Counted from the whole stretch's first letter, positions 14,445 through 25,559 are shown. The stretch is DNA of 57,167 nucleotides, filler included, from Sluysia triapertura (GCA_046118255.1; 4 parts of 4 records of this genome joined end to end with filler, not necessarily neighbours in it); one strand, 5' to 3'. Translations and numbers: made by a program. The notes: generated from the letters alone by a model not told the origin.

Positions 14445-14508
<64 letters not shown>
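14445..14508. repeat. (AAT)n-(ATT)n inverted microsatellite
   Basis: AAT tract runs directly into an ATT tract. Confidence 0.9.
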
Positions 14509-14719
14509 GAATGATTTAATTGCATATGTTTCTTTTATCGGTTTATTTTTCAAAGTTCAAATTTTTTCGAATTTCTATTGTTTGGTTGTAGTCTAAATCT
14601 ATTTTGATTGAAAAAAAGACTTAATTTACTTTAAACGAAATTAACAGTTTATTAATTTTAAAATGCATTAATAAATTGAACTCGATTCTGAAAATGACTA
14701 TTTGGCAAAATGAAAAATA

Positions 14720-15794
14720 CGACCCTATTCCATTTATTAATAAGTCAATACAGAAAAGATTAAAAATCCACACGAAGGCATTGTCAAACAAATAAACTAC
14801 CTATTTTTTCCGCCGACAAATCAAGTTGTACCGATGAATTAGCATATTTAATAACCAATGAATCTATATGTCCCTGACTCTCACTCGATTTAGCTTTCGT
14901 AGAAGAGGTATGCACAAAGATGTTTAATCGAATGAAATGTAGTATTGTACACGTGTCGGATAAAGTTGTACTTCTTATTTATGCACCGAGGATGTAATTG
15001 AGAAGCATTATTTTCTTTTCGTCACTCAGTAAAAAATAAATTCGTTAAAAATAACTGTATCATTTCCGTCAAGTAAATACATTAATTTCTCATGGTTTTC
15101 GGTGTCTTGTTTATATTATTTCGTTTGTTCATTGTACGTTTTTAAAAAATGCAGCAAAATGTTCAGAAAGTAGTTTCTTTACAATTAAGCTTTAGCAATA
15201 ACTTTATAAGAGCAAATTGTTTGTTATGGTTCTAAACCTTTATGTACTTTAAGTTGTTCATGTACTGCAAATGGTCATTTTTGGAAAAGGTGGTCTTTCA
15301 AAGTCAGGCAATGCATTTTTAAAGCTTTATTGAAGCCAGAAAATTCACTATAACGTTTACAGCATTAACCGTTGAATGATTTGGGACAGTTATATGAATT
15401 CTTGTACGCTGTGAAAAATCTTGAAACGAATGGTCACTACTTTCACTTTGAGTATCAGCAGTTCATTCTGAAATGTAGATATAACAGTTAATACCAAAGT
15501 ATCACCACCAGATTTAATTAAGTCCAAATTGACACCATTTATTTGTAATATTCTATCGTATTTCAGTAATCCTACTTTATCTGCAGAATCTCTTTAATAC
15601 ATCGCTAGCATGTTGTAAGGCTTTATATAATTCCCATTAATGCTACGAAATTGTTCTTCTCCAACTTCGCATTTAACGTTAAAACCAAACCCACTTGAGG
15701 ATTTTGAAATAATTACAACTCGAGGTTTTTTAAGAGAATCTCGATCATGTTTAATAGGTTCTTGAAACAAATTATTTATTTCATTCGTGCACAT
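14720..15794 (-). pseudogene. SNX27: Processed pseudogene of sorting nexin 27 (PDZ-PX, probable FERM-like remnant)
   Basis: PRVVIISKSSSGFGFNVK..VGE.QFRSING and ADKVGLLKYDRILQINGVN..LIKSGGDTLVLTVIS match the SNX27 PDZ domain ([32 protein letters not shown]...DRILEVN...LILTVLS). PX motif CCKRYSEF follows. Frameshifts, stops and internal deletions; no introns seen. Confidence 0.85.
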
Positions 15795-15950
15795 TTAAAT
15801 TTCCGCTAATTATGTACGCATTTCCTTTTTTTCATGTTTTATTTTTTCAGTTTTTGTCACAATTTTAGCTTCTTTTTTTATTACTATTTTATTAATTCCC
15901 GCTTTATTATTATTTTTACTATTATTTTTACTATCAACGTGGATTGTACA

Positions 15951-16106
15951 TGTTAGACTTCGTAAAATGGACTGCCCGGGAATCGAACCCGGGACCTTCG
16001 CTGCGCAGTTAGAATGCTCTACCACTGAGCTATCAGCCCCGTCTAACAAATTTATTTTATTATAGTCAATTTTACCAAATGACACTTTAGGCCCTCTTCG
16101 CCAAGA
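15951..16106 (-). mobile_element. Candidate solo LTR of a tRNA-containing TRIM, copy 1
   Basis: 156-bp unit, minus strand TCTTGGCG...GTCTAACA, flanked by TACA on both sides (15947-15950, 16107-16110). Homologous to 17443-17679. Confidence 0.65.
15968..16039 (-). pseudogene. tRNA-like cassette (Ala-UGC-like, broken anticodon arm)
   Basis: GGGCTGA TA GCTC AGTGGTA GAGC ... AGGTC CCGGG TTCGATT CCCGG GCAGTCC A TTTT. A and B boxes, D and T arms are intact, the acceptor stem pairs 6/7, and a T4 terminator follows. The anticodon stem is mostly unpaired and position 33 is C. Confidence 0.8.
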
Positions 16107-16110
16107 TACA

Positions 16111-16358
16111 GTAGAGAGTGGGAAGAAAGAGTGTTAGGTAAATAGATAGAAGGTTAAGAAGAAGTGAGAATTAAGAAGAGTTGAACTTGCTTTTACAGAA
16201 ATTTCATTTTTTTTTTACTAAATTTTGAATTTTTGAACTAAAGAGATTTTAAGTTAAGATTTAATATTAAGTTATTTAGTTATTGTGTGGTCGTCTAGTA
16301 CTTTATGTCTGTTTAATTTATGAGTAATAAAATTTTCAATAATGAGTTGGGCCACCAC
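16111..16358. repeat. LTR-like dispersed repeat
   Basis: AGAGTGGGAAGA...TTACAGAAATTTCA is shared with 13105-13165. Ends GGGCCACCACA, similar to the end at 25932. Confidence 0.45.
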
Positions 16359-17015
16359 AAGTTCTATCACTTAAACACCGACAAAATATGTCTATCTTCA
16401 GTTGATTTAATTAACAACCAAATTTAATTTTTATTTCATGTTAAATTTTCAGAATCAAATTATTATAAGTAAAGAAATAAATATTAATATAATTATCGAA
16501 AACAGGGTATAGATGAAAAATTGAATAGTGATAACAATAATAAAACGAATTTGGGAAACTCTTTTTTGCAATACATTAGTCAAAAATAAAACAGGCAAAG
16601 GAACTTACTCATTGGTAATATAAAAGATAATAAATAATAAAAGTAAGTCTTATTGGGACACCGAATCTCCTAGAAGTCAGATTTTATCTAAATAACAAAA
16701 TAAAATAAATTAGATGAAATGCTTCTCCAAAATTAAGTCTTAACTAAAATAAAACTAAATAAATGTAGTAACACAACAAAAATAAAAGTTAAAATGCTAC
16801 TCAACACATGGATCTTCAAGGAATTTTGAATTTGCATGAATATACGATTAATAACATTTAATTTAATAATGACAGAACTTACTTACTATACATCAAACGG
16901 AAATAATCACTTTACCATACTTATTATTCAATCAATTCTCATCAATTACATTGATACGATTTAAAGATGCGCTTATTAGAAACTTGTGTATTGTAAACAA
17001 TTTCAAATTTTTTAG

Positions 17016-17159
17016 GTATATCAAGATAAACTCGAAAAAGCAAAATTGGCTCGTGAAAGTTTGAAATCTCATCTGTCTAATTTACCAGAACTGGAGTTGG
17101 ATTCAGAAGGTGACAATGATTTAAATCCATTACCATCACTTGATGAATTATTTAATTAA
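17016..17159 (+). CDS. Terminal coding exon of an unidentified host gene
   Basis: TTTTTTAG acceptor, then the open frame VYQDKLEKAKLARESLKSHLSNLPELELDSEGDNDLNPLPSLDELFN* and an AT-rich 3' UTR. Upstream exons were not identified. Confidence 0.65.
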   Translation, partial: VYQDKLEKAKLARESLKSHLSNLPELELDSEGDNDLNPLPSLDELFN

Positions 17160-17442
17160 ATTAAATTGTTATTTGTATAAATAATTTATTTGTATTTATT
17201 AAATTCTTCAATTTATTATTATTACTATTATTTTATTCACAAAATTACATTTCTTACTAATCACACATCTTTGATGAGAATGATATTTATTATTTTTGTT
17301 TGATGTACTTAATTTTTAAATATGGTCATTATAACGTAAAATTTCATAGGTCCAGTATTATTTATCGCGATTTAGGCATGAGACTTAATAAGAACGTATG
17401 TCATTAAGTTGTGTTTGTGATTATATATATTAATAATTATAT

Positions 17443-17679
17443 TGTTAGACTTCATACAATGAACTGACAGGGAATCGAATCGGGCCCTTTTGCTGCGCAG
17501 TTCGATGAATTGAATTGAAAACTTATTTTTAACACAAGGTACAAAGTATAAAACATGTAAATAATCAAAGATAATAAAAAATGGGATCTACCCACTGAGC
17601 TATAATCCCCGTCAAACAATTTTATTTCGTAATAGTCAATATTACTATCATAATTATACATGGCATTTTAAGCCCAACA
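17443..17679 (-). mobile_element. Candidate solo LTR of a tRNA-containing TRIM, copy 2 (with ~80-bp insertion)
   Basis: Minus strand TGTTGGGC...GTCTAACA, with ATAT on both sides (17439-17442, 17680-17683). The tRNA-like core is split by an AT-rich insert at ~17509-17586. Confidence 0.7.
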
Positions 17680-18449
17680 ATATTATTAAATTTATACATA
17701 TTTATCATGCATTGTATAGTAGAGATTACTTTGATAACTACAAATTAGCAACCCTAGCAGTGCAATAATCTAAGTTTGCGTTTAGACAAATGATTATAGT
17801 GATGTTCAGTTGCAATAAATAATTATACTTGGTTATATTAAACATTTATGTACTTTTAATTATTTACTACAAGAAATAATTAAATCAACTTTATTTTTAT
17901 TTGATAAAATTAAATTACTTTTTATAAACATTAGAATATTTTAAACGTCTTAATCTTAAATATTTATAAAAAAATTAGGGTTAATTTGTATTTGCAACCT
18001 CATTAAAATTTAATGTAACAGAAGTTATTGATATGTTGTAGATTCATTTTTGTGTCGAACTATTTCTCTTAATATCGCGATGGAAGAGAATTAATAACAC
18101 TTCAATATTTCACTTGAAATATTTTTTGGAATAATGCAATTGGTCGTCAGATAAACTTCATCGTAGTTCATATATTTTCAGTGGCATTAAAGTTGTGTAA
18201 TTACGATTTTTAGGACTTCTAAATTCATTTTTTGCTTATATCAATTCCAAGACAAATACACAAAGATTTGCCTCATTTCATGAAATCCGGTATTGGTGGT
18301 ACCTATGTTCGAATGAAGACGTGCATCTAAATGCTAATGCAAAATGATAAATATTAATTTAAAACAATTGTGTAACACTACCATAAGCGATGAATAATGA
18401 AGATAAAATCATTTAAAAGTATTTTAAAATACTTTTCAAAAACCTAGAA

Positions 18450-18525
18450 CAGTGATTCTCAGCCTTTTTTTTGTTGCGGCACTATTTTAAAGATTTCAAA
18501 ATTTGGCGGCACAGTTTAAAAATTA
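18450..18525 (+). mobile_element. hAT transposon end cut by an assembly gap
   Basis: CAGTGATTCTCAGCCT terminus with GCGGCAC motifs, preceded by ACCTAGAA (nnnTAnnn). Confidence 0.55.
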
Positions 18526-18625
18526 NNNNNNNNNNNNNNNNNNNNNNNNNNNNNNNNNNNNNNNNNNNNTTAATTAATTAANNNNNNNNNNNNNNNNNNN
18601 NNNNNNNNNNNNNNNNNNNNNNNNN
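18526..18625. other. Assembly gap with TTAATTAATTAA spacer
   Basis: N44-TTAATTAATTAA-N44; the same spacer occurs at 30696-30795 and 44975-45074. Confidence 0.95.

Positions 18626-18698
<73 letters not shown>
18626..18698. repeat. (AAT)n-(ATT)n inverted microsatellite
   Basis: Direct reading. Confidence 0.9.
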
Positions 18699-18700
<2 letters not shown>

Positions 18701-19849
18701 ATGTATTTTTAATATTAATTAACATTTTCATTATTTCTATAAATATTATTAATATTAATTTTAACTGTCAGTAGTATAAATAATGATTCTGTCGAAAACT
18801 TTACTTTAATAAATATATTTTTATAAAAATTATTAAAATAATAATAATAATAATAATTATTATTATTATTAAAATATCAGATTGTTGGTTGATAATTTAT
18901 AAATATAAAAAATTGTTTTATTCATTAAAGTATGCATCCATATTGTCTACAGGTTCTTCATGGTGGAGTCCTGACGAGAACGACTTGAAGCAAAGTAAAA
19001 GAATCTGATAGAGATATAAAAACCATGCTTTTGAATGAGACGTGGATTGATCCAGACAAAGTTAGGATCAAAGTAGAACTGATGATCGTAAATTAGAGAA
19101 TTAAAGATATAAACAAGATAATCAAGAAAATAGACCTAGTAAAATATGATCCAAGAAGGTAAGTTAATTCAGATTCCGAAAGCCAACCGAAGTAATTAAT
19201 GTTAAAAATGTTAACCTACAATCATAAATAGTTTAACAACAAGATTAGTGATCTGAGACTTATGCAATTAAAAGCTCATCCAGATGATTTAAATTATTAA
19301 AAGTATTATTAAAGAATTATTCGGAAGTATTATTAAATATTCAAAAGTGATAAATTTAGTTTAAATCTATTGAGACTTGTTAATATCTTTATAGTCTTTT
19401 GTTCATTGGGCTTAATTGAAATAAGATTTTATGATCCTGTACTAAAATGTATCTGAAAATAATTGTTTATCACCATAATTAAACAAATAAATAACTGATC
19501 TTACAAATTTCTATTATACAAATTAAGTTCCCTGTAATTTATAAATGAGAATCAAAAATAAACGTCGTTATTAATAAAGTAATTCAATTAATAATAGAAT
19601 TAATATCTTCCTTTTAATAAATAAATACAGAATTATATATAGATATAAAGTATAAAGTAATAACAATTTAAAGAATCTAAGATCAATTCTTGCTAACGAA
19701 TATTAGAATTTTAAGTAGACGTAAAAAAATTTATGAAATGATTTTTCGTAAATTTTACAGCACGTTGAAAGTGCTAAAACTTAACAATTATTAAAAATTT
19801 CGAATAATTGATAATTATCTTATCACTTAATAAAAACTCCAATCCCACC

Positions 19850-21830
19850 AGTAAACTTCTTTCTGGATAGTAATGGGACACCAAATACTTGGTTACTATT
19901 ATTGGAAGCAGATATGAAGTCCCAAAATGTAACCAACACAACTTTAAAATTCACAAGGGCAGTATCTTCCCTGCCTACGGACCTGATGGTGGTAATAAGT
20001 CCAAAGATTTCTGCTTGTTTAAGGGCTATTAATCCATTTGAAGAACTCAGAGAAGTTCTAATGAAGCACTATAGCCCAAACGTGAACCAATTGTTTCACG
20101 AGTATTTCAAAAATCAATCACTTGGTTCACTCAAGCCTTCGGAATTTTTAAAGAAGATAACGAATGACCTGGAACCTCTAAAGTGTGTAACTGAGGAAGA
20201 TCAGTATGTACTGAAACAACTCTTCCTAAACGCATTGCCTTCTCAAGTACAGGCAGTGCTAGCGGGTAGCCTAGAAGAAAATATTGAGAAACTGGCAGAT
20301 CTCGCGGATAGGATAATTGTAACCTATCCTAAATCTACCTTTGAGAGTGCCAAAAGACAAATATCTGCTACAGAGTCTGGCAATCTAACAAATGATTCAT
20401 TATCTATCACAACTCAAATAGAAGCACTGACAAAAATTATTGCAACTTTGGCTACCAATAACAACAACAGCAATAACAATAACAACAGTCCTTATAACAA
20501 CAGAAGACGGAACAACAGGTCACTGTCACCAAGACCTTCAAGATCTCCATCGAGATCATTTACTGGAATCTGCTATTACCACCAGCGATTCCAGAACAAA
20601 TCTAAATGTTGTCTGTTGGGTTGTAAATTTCCCAACAAGCAAACAACAATCCAGGCCAAAGACTTATGCGTATATCACTCATACTACAAGAATTTGGCGC
20701 GCAAGTGCATGGAAGGTTGTGTGCACTTTGCTACTTTCAAAGCGCCATCAAAAAACTAGAGGTGCCATCGGTTATAGAGCTAAACCGATTGAAATGGCAG
20801 CACTCTCCATTTTCACTATGCCGCTTACATTCGAAAATTTCATTCACCGACGACTGGAATTCCTTATTCACACGGGAGCAGCGGTATCAGTGATTCCTAA
20901 CACGCGATTTAAGAAATCAAACCAATCAAGTCAATATTTAACTGCAGCAAACGGGTCATCCGTAGCGTGTTATGGAACTCAAAAATTAAAATTCCATCTA
21001 CCAAAATTCAATAAATTGTTTGAATAAGATTTCACAATAGTTGCAGTCCAACAGCCAATACTAGGAGCTGATTTTTTCGATTATTACGAACTCCTGGTAG
21101 ACTGCTATTTATCTTTTCTATGAAAAATCCATCCCCAAAGCAACAAAAGCATATCAGCTACCTGTCCCAGTTTAATTTCGATATACAACATATCCCTGGG
21201 CAGGAAAATGTGGTCGCTGATGCCTTATCACGAGTTGGCATCAGTAGCATCGAATTTCAGTCGATGTTTTCTATCGAAGATCTAAAATGTGATCCTCCTT
21301 CAGCAGAAGATTTATCGAAGTTCTCTTCTATACCAACTTTACGAGAAGGAGTGTATTTCGATCACCAATTATCAGGAATTTCACGACCAGTCCTGGGTCC
21401 AAACCTGAGGATTAAAGCGTTCGAATTTATTCATAACACAACGCACTCAGGTGCCAAATCTACATACGAAGTTTTGAAGTCAAAAGTGATTTGGCCTTTC
21501 ATGCGGAAGGACATCAAAAACTGGACCAAAGCATACCTCACCTGCCAGGCGGTAAAAACAACCAAACATACCAAACCGGAAATCCTCCATTTTCCAACCG
21601 GTCAACTTTTTGACACAATTCACATGGACATCGTCGGTCCACTCCCTAATTCAAGGAAATATACTTACATTTTAACAATCACAGACCGACATAGTCGTTG
21701 GCCGGAGGAGTTTCCGATGCGCTCAATATCTACTGAAACAATAACAAATATGCTTGTAACGCAGTGGATCGCTAGGTTTGGTGTGCCTAAAAGAATAATT
21801 CGAATCTGAGCTTTTCAATAGTTTATTAAA
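19850..21830 (+). mobile_element. Ty3/Gypsy retrotransposon with RT deleted (gag, protease, RNase H end, partial integrase)
   Basis: Gag 19902-20759 (LGSLKPSEFL, LFLNALP..VQAVLA, LADLADRI, CYYH). Protease FLIHTGAAVSVIP...LTAANGS...PILGADFF. RNase H end ISYLSQF...IQHIPGQENVVADALSR. Integrase H..H..C zinc finger and IHMDIVGPLP...DRHSRWPE...WIARFGVP. Confidence 0.93.
19902..20759 (+). CDS. Gypsy Gag ORF with two Cys-His motifs
   Basis: 285-aa open frame ending in the A AAA AAC TAG slippery heptamer. Confidence 0.8.
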   Translation: MEADMKSQNVTNTTLKFTRAVSSLPTDLMVVISPKISACLRAINPFEELREVLMKHYSPNVNQLFHEYFKNQSLGSLKPSEFLKKITNDLEPLKCVTEEDQYVLKQLFLNALPSQVQAVLAGSLEENIEKLADLADRIIVTYPKSTFESAKRQISATESGNLTNDSLSITTQIEALTKIIATLATNNNNSNNNNNSPYNNRRRNNRSLSPRPSRSPSRSFTGICYYHQRFQNKSKCCLLGCKFPNKQTTIQAKDLCVYHSYYKNLARKCMEGCVHFATFKAPSKN

Positions 21831-24800
21831 GCCTCTCGGTATCAATAACGTATATTTCTCACATGAAAATTCTTGTACCAGTCCTTTCCTAAAACACGTA
21901 GTTTTATTATTGTTATTAATTACATATTTGTTTTATCATTGCTTAATTTTTTTAAATAAAATAACAAATTTTGTTAATGTGTTAAATTTTGTTAGGGTTT
22001 TAAATTTCTTCGTTATTTCTTAAATTTCTTAGGCCTTAAGCCTATTTTGTTAAATAATATAGAAATATGTTTAAAGTGCTTTTATTTAATTATAGTTTGT
22101 TTAATTCGAATAATTTATAATAAAAATTTAAAAGTAAATAAAAATAATCTCATCTTTCATAAATTAAAATATTTTTCGTCCGCCACATAACATGGAATCA
22201 TAATAATAATGCTGCATTTTGACATCTTTACATGCAGTAAATATTTAATCATTATTGATTTGATTTTTGCCAATTTTTATTAGCATACATACTTTAAAAC
22301 ACCATCTTCATTAAATTACACAAATAAAAGTTACACTATAAGTTTACAAGATTACATCACATCTTTACTAATACGCTTTTTATATAGTTAATATACATCT
22401 TTAATTGTTCGAATTCTTGATCACTAACAAGTGATTCTGATTCTGATAGAAAATCTTCAGATCGACTCTCGTTTAATATGAAATAAAGAAGAGATGATCC
22501 GAATGTTGAGCTTCAGTTTAACATTATCATGGGAACGTCTGATAGCATAAATAGCAATCTGGAATTTCAATAGCTCCAGCTTCTTGAGCTTCATCCAATG
22601 TTTTTACATTTACATGAGTAATTTCTACTATTCCCTCGGGAATTTCAGGTTTATAAGTAACTGCTTCAAGGGATTGTTTCTTTAAGCAGTCCATCCAAAA
22701 AGTGCAAACACGAGTATATAATCATCAGCAACATCAATTCGGTCTTTGCGTGTAAATACTTCAGACACCAAATAATATCCTCCTGAAATGTTAACACGAT
22801 CAGTTCTATACTCAACAAATGAATAAAAAATATCATAAGCTATATTTTCCAATTTCGCAGTGTTGTTCTAATTGATCAAATTTTCGATGAAGCTGAGAAC
22901 GAATAGATTTCGGATTTTCAATGTAGTTGTAAGTATGAAGACATAGAAATAAATATGATAATGTGCTAAAATATTGGTTTAATTTTTTGTAAAATTGTGT
23001 CATTAAATAAATAATTTTTCTTTCTTTTATATATGTCGTAATTAATAAAGTGTTGTAATTAATGATTTATTTTAAACGATTTTGAGCAACCAAATGAAGT
23101 AGAAGTAGTAGAAATAATAACCAATAATAATAATGATAAAATAACATCACTAATAAAATAAGAATAAATGTAGAAAGATTTATACGTAATACATGCAAAA
23201 AGGAACAACAAACTGAGAATTGTAACAATAGTCATCATAGCAACAACCACAAAATATTATAACAATAGTTATTATTATTATGACAATAATTATGATGATA
23301 ATTGTAAAATTATAAATTATTATTACGTTTATGTTTTGAATGTATTGAATAACTTGTTTAATAATTTATTTGTGATGAAATGTGTTTGTGATTGTGATGA
23401 GTTGATTTAGAGCCCAGTACAATATCAAATCAACAAACAGCACACAAAACTTTATAATATTTCACACTTAATAATTAATAATAAAATTTAATTACTTTTA
23501 AAATTAATTAAAATTATTAAGAAAAAGAAAGTTCGAGAAATATTTGTTTAAATGAATCAAAATTATTAATTTGGCTTCCAATAGCCATTTTAGTATAACA
23601 TTACTAGCAATTTGTCACATAATACACAGTATCACAACAGAGAATTTGATAATTCACAATTCACAAAGTTACAACAAAGCGATATAGTTCAGTTTCCAAT
23701 TTATCATCTGTTATTCAACACAAAATTAAGAGATATTCGATTTATAATAATCCATATTATTTTTTTAAGACTAATTAGTAAGTTTATTATTGTAAGTATT
23801 AACTCACCCATAAGAGGAGTTATAAAATCATCACGTAAAATCAAATTGTTCTTTAAACTGGCCCTATCCAGTTATAACTTTTTAAAATCATACTCATTTT
23901 CACTGGCCCTTAGTCAGTTACAATCTGTCTAATAAATTTTTAATAATTTTTGAAATAGAGCTCAAAGAACTTCATTATTTATTTATAATAATTAGCTATT
24001 TATTTTACGATATTTTTTTAAATTTTTTATACTCAGCATTATATTTATCTTATTTAATAAACTTTGTTGATTTAGTCATAAAGCTGTACAAGAAGGATAT
24101 TGTTAAATTAAAAATTAATCATTATAGACCCTCTACTTAATTAGTAAATTAAGGCAGCTAAGAGTTAATAAGAGATTATCTTGTAATCATTTAGTTATTT
24201 AAAAATCTTGTAGATACTCCTCCATGAGCCGTGTACTACAAGTGGACCCATTAAAAAGAATAAATTAATTTTTCTGTTAGGTTAAGTTTAGTTATATAAG
24301 AAACTCGGCAACAATTATATTTGTAACGAAAGGTATGCATGTTCAAAAAGAATATATAAAATAAAAACCAAACAGCAAATTCACGGATTACAAAACGATT
24401 ATAAGAATATCATCAGAATACATAAAATTCGTCGGCCCTTTCCGACTTGGCGCTATGCTGGTGCACCTTTTGCATTTTTATTTTGTGTTTTCCCATCACG
24501 AATTTGTAAACAATTTTTTATTATTCTGATGAATACCGAATTTTATTTCGTGACAAAGGAAACGCGCCTATTATTCAAATTCAGTTATTAAATGTATGTC
24601 CCAATATGATTCAATCATATGAATGGTTGTATTGTGTCTTGCGAATGGGATGTGTAATGTACAGCTTGTACCAATATAAGCAATTGTTTATACAAATTAC
24701 AATGTATTTTGAAGATGATATTGACACTTACTTACACGGATAACGAATATGATATGTTTTTGTTTAATGATGTGTAACAATAACTTAATACCAAAATCAA

Positions 24801-25559
24801 TTTAACTTGAGGTCTTGCTGAATCTAAATGTCATTAAATCTAATACAAAATATTACAATGAATTTTTCTTTATCTACAGTCTAAATCAATTTAATGATTC
24901 CTTGTTACTATTAAATCTATTTTAATAACTTAATTAAAATTAAGAATAAATAAAATCAAGAGATAAAACTTAATTATATTCACTATAATGTAAATGTAGC
25001 AATGAGACAAAAAAAGTAAATAATTCCTATATATTTTACAAAATGAAGTTACCAATCTAAAATTCTAAAATATCCAGTGATAAACGACGCTTTTATTACC
25101 ATTCACACTCATAAATTTACATAAAATCCATCTACAAAAGTGTCCTACACATCATCTTCTCACAACATCTAATACATACCTCAAAACCCACAATAAAATC
25201 ATTAATCTATAAATTGTAACGATTTATATATCTGTTGAGTTTACATTTTAATAGCAATATAGTAATGGTGATCGAATATTAAAATAATTTGATATTTTAT
25301 TTATTTTCATGATATTTTATCTATTTTTTATTATTTATTTAATTATTGACTTTAATTAATTATTATTTATTATTGACTTTACTTAACTTTTGATACTTTA
25401 TTTATTTTTATTATTAAAAATGTATATGATTTATTATAAATATTAATTCAATTATAAATTCAATTAAAATAATAGTGGAAATAAAAAATAAAAATATTTA
25501 ATAAAATTAATAAATCTACTTTTCTTGAAATATAAAACATAATAATATTTCTTTCATTT

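Noticed and set aside
15968-16039. Functional tRNA-Ala(UGC) gene
   Set aside because: The anticodon stem is largely unpaired, position 33 is C instead of U, and it is embedded in a TSD-flanked repeat.
15951-17679. One full-length LTR element with the two tRNA units as paired LTRs
   Set aside because: The outer flanks differ (TACA versus ATAT), each unit has its own TSD, no PBS is visible, and a probable host exon lies between them.
18570-18581. TTAATTAATTAA palindrome centred in three N-gaps
   Set aside because: Artificial six-frame-stop scaffolding spacer, not biology.
18952-19158. Exon-like AG...GTAAGT segment
   Set aside because: Stops in all three frames.
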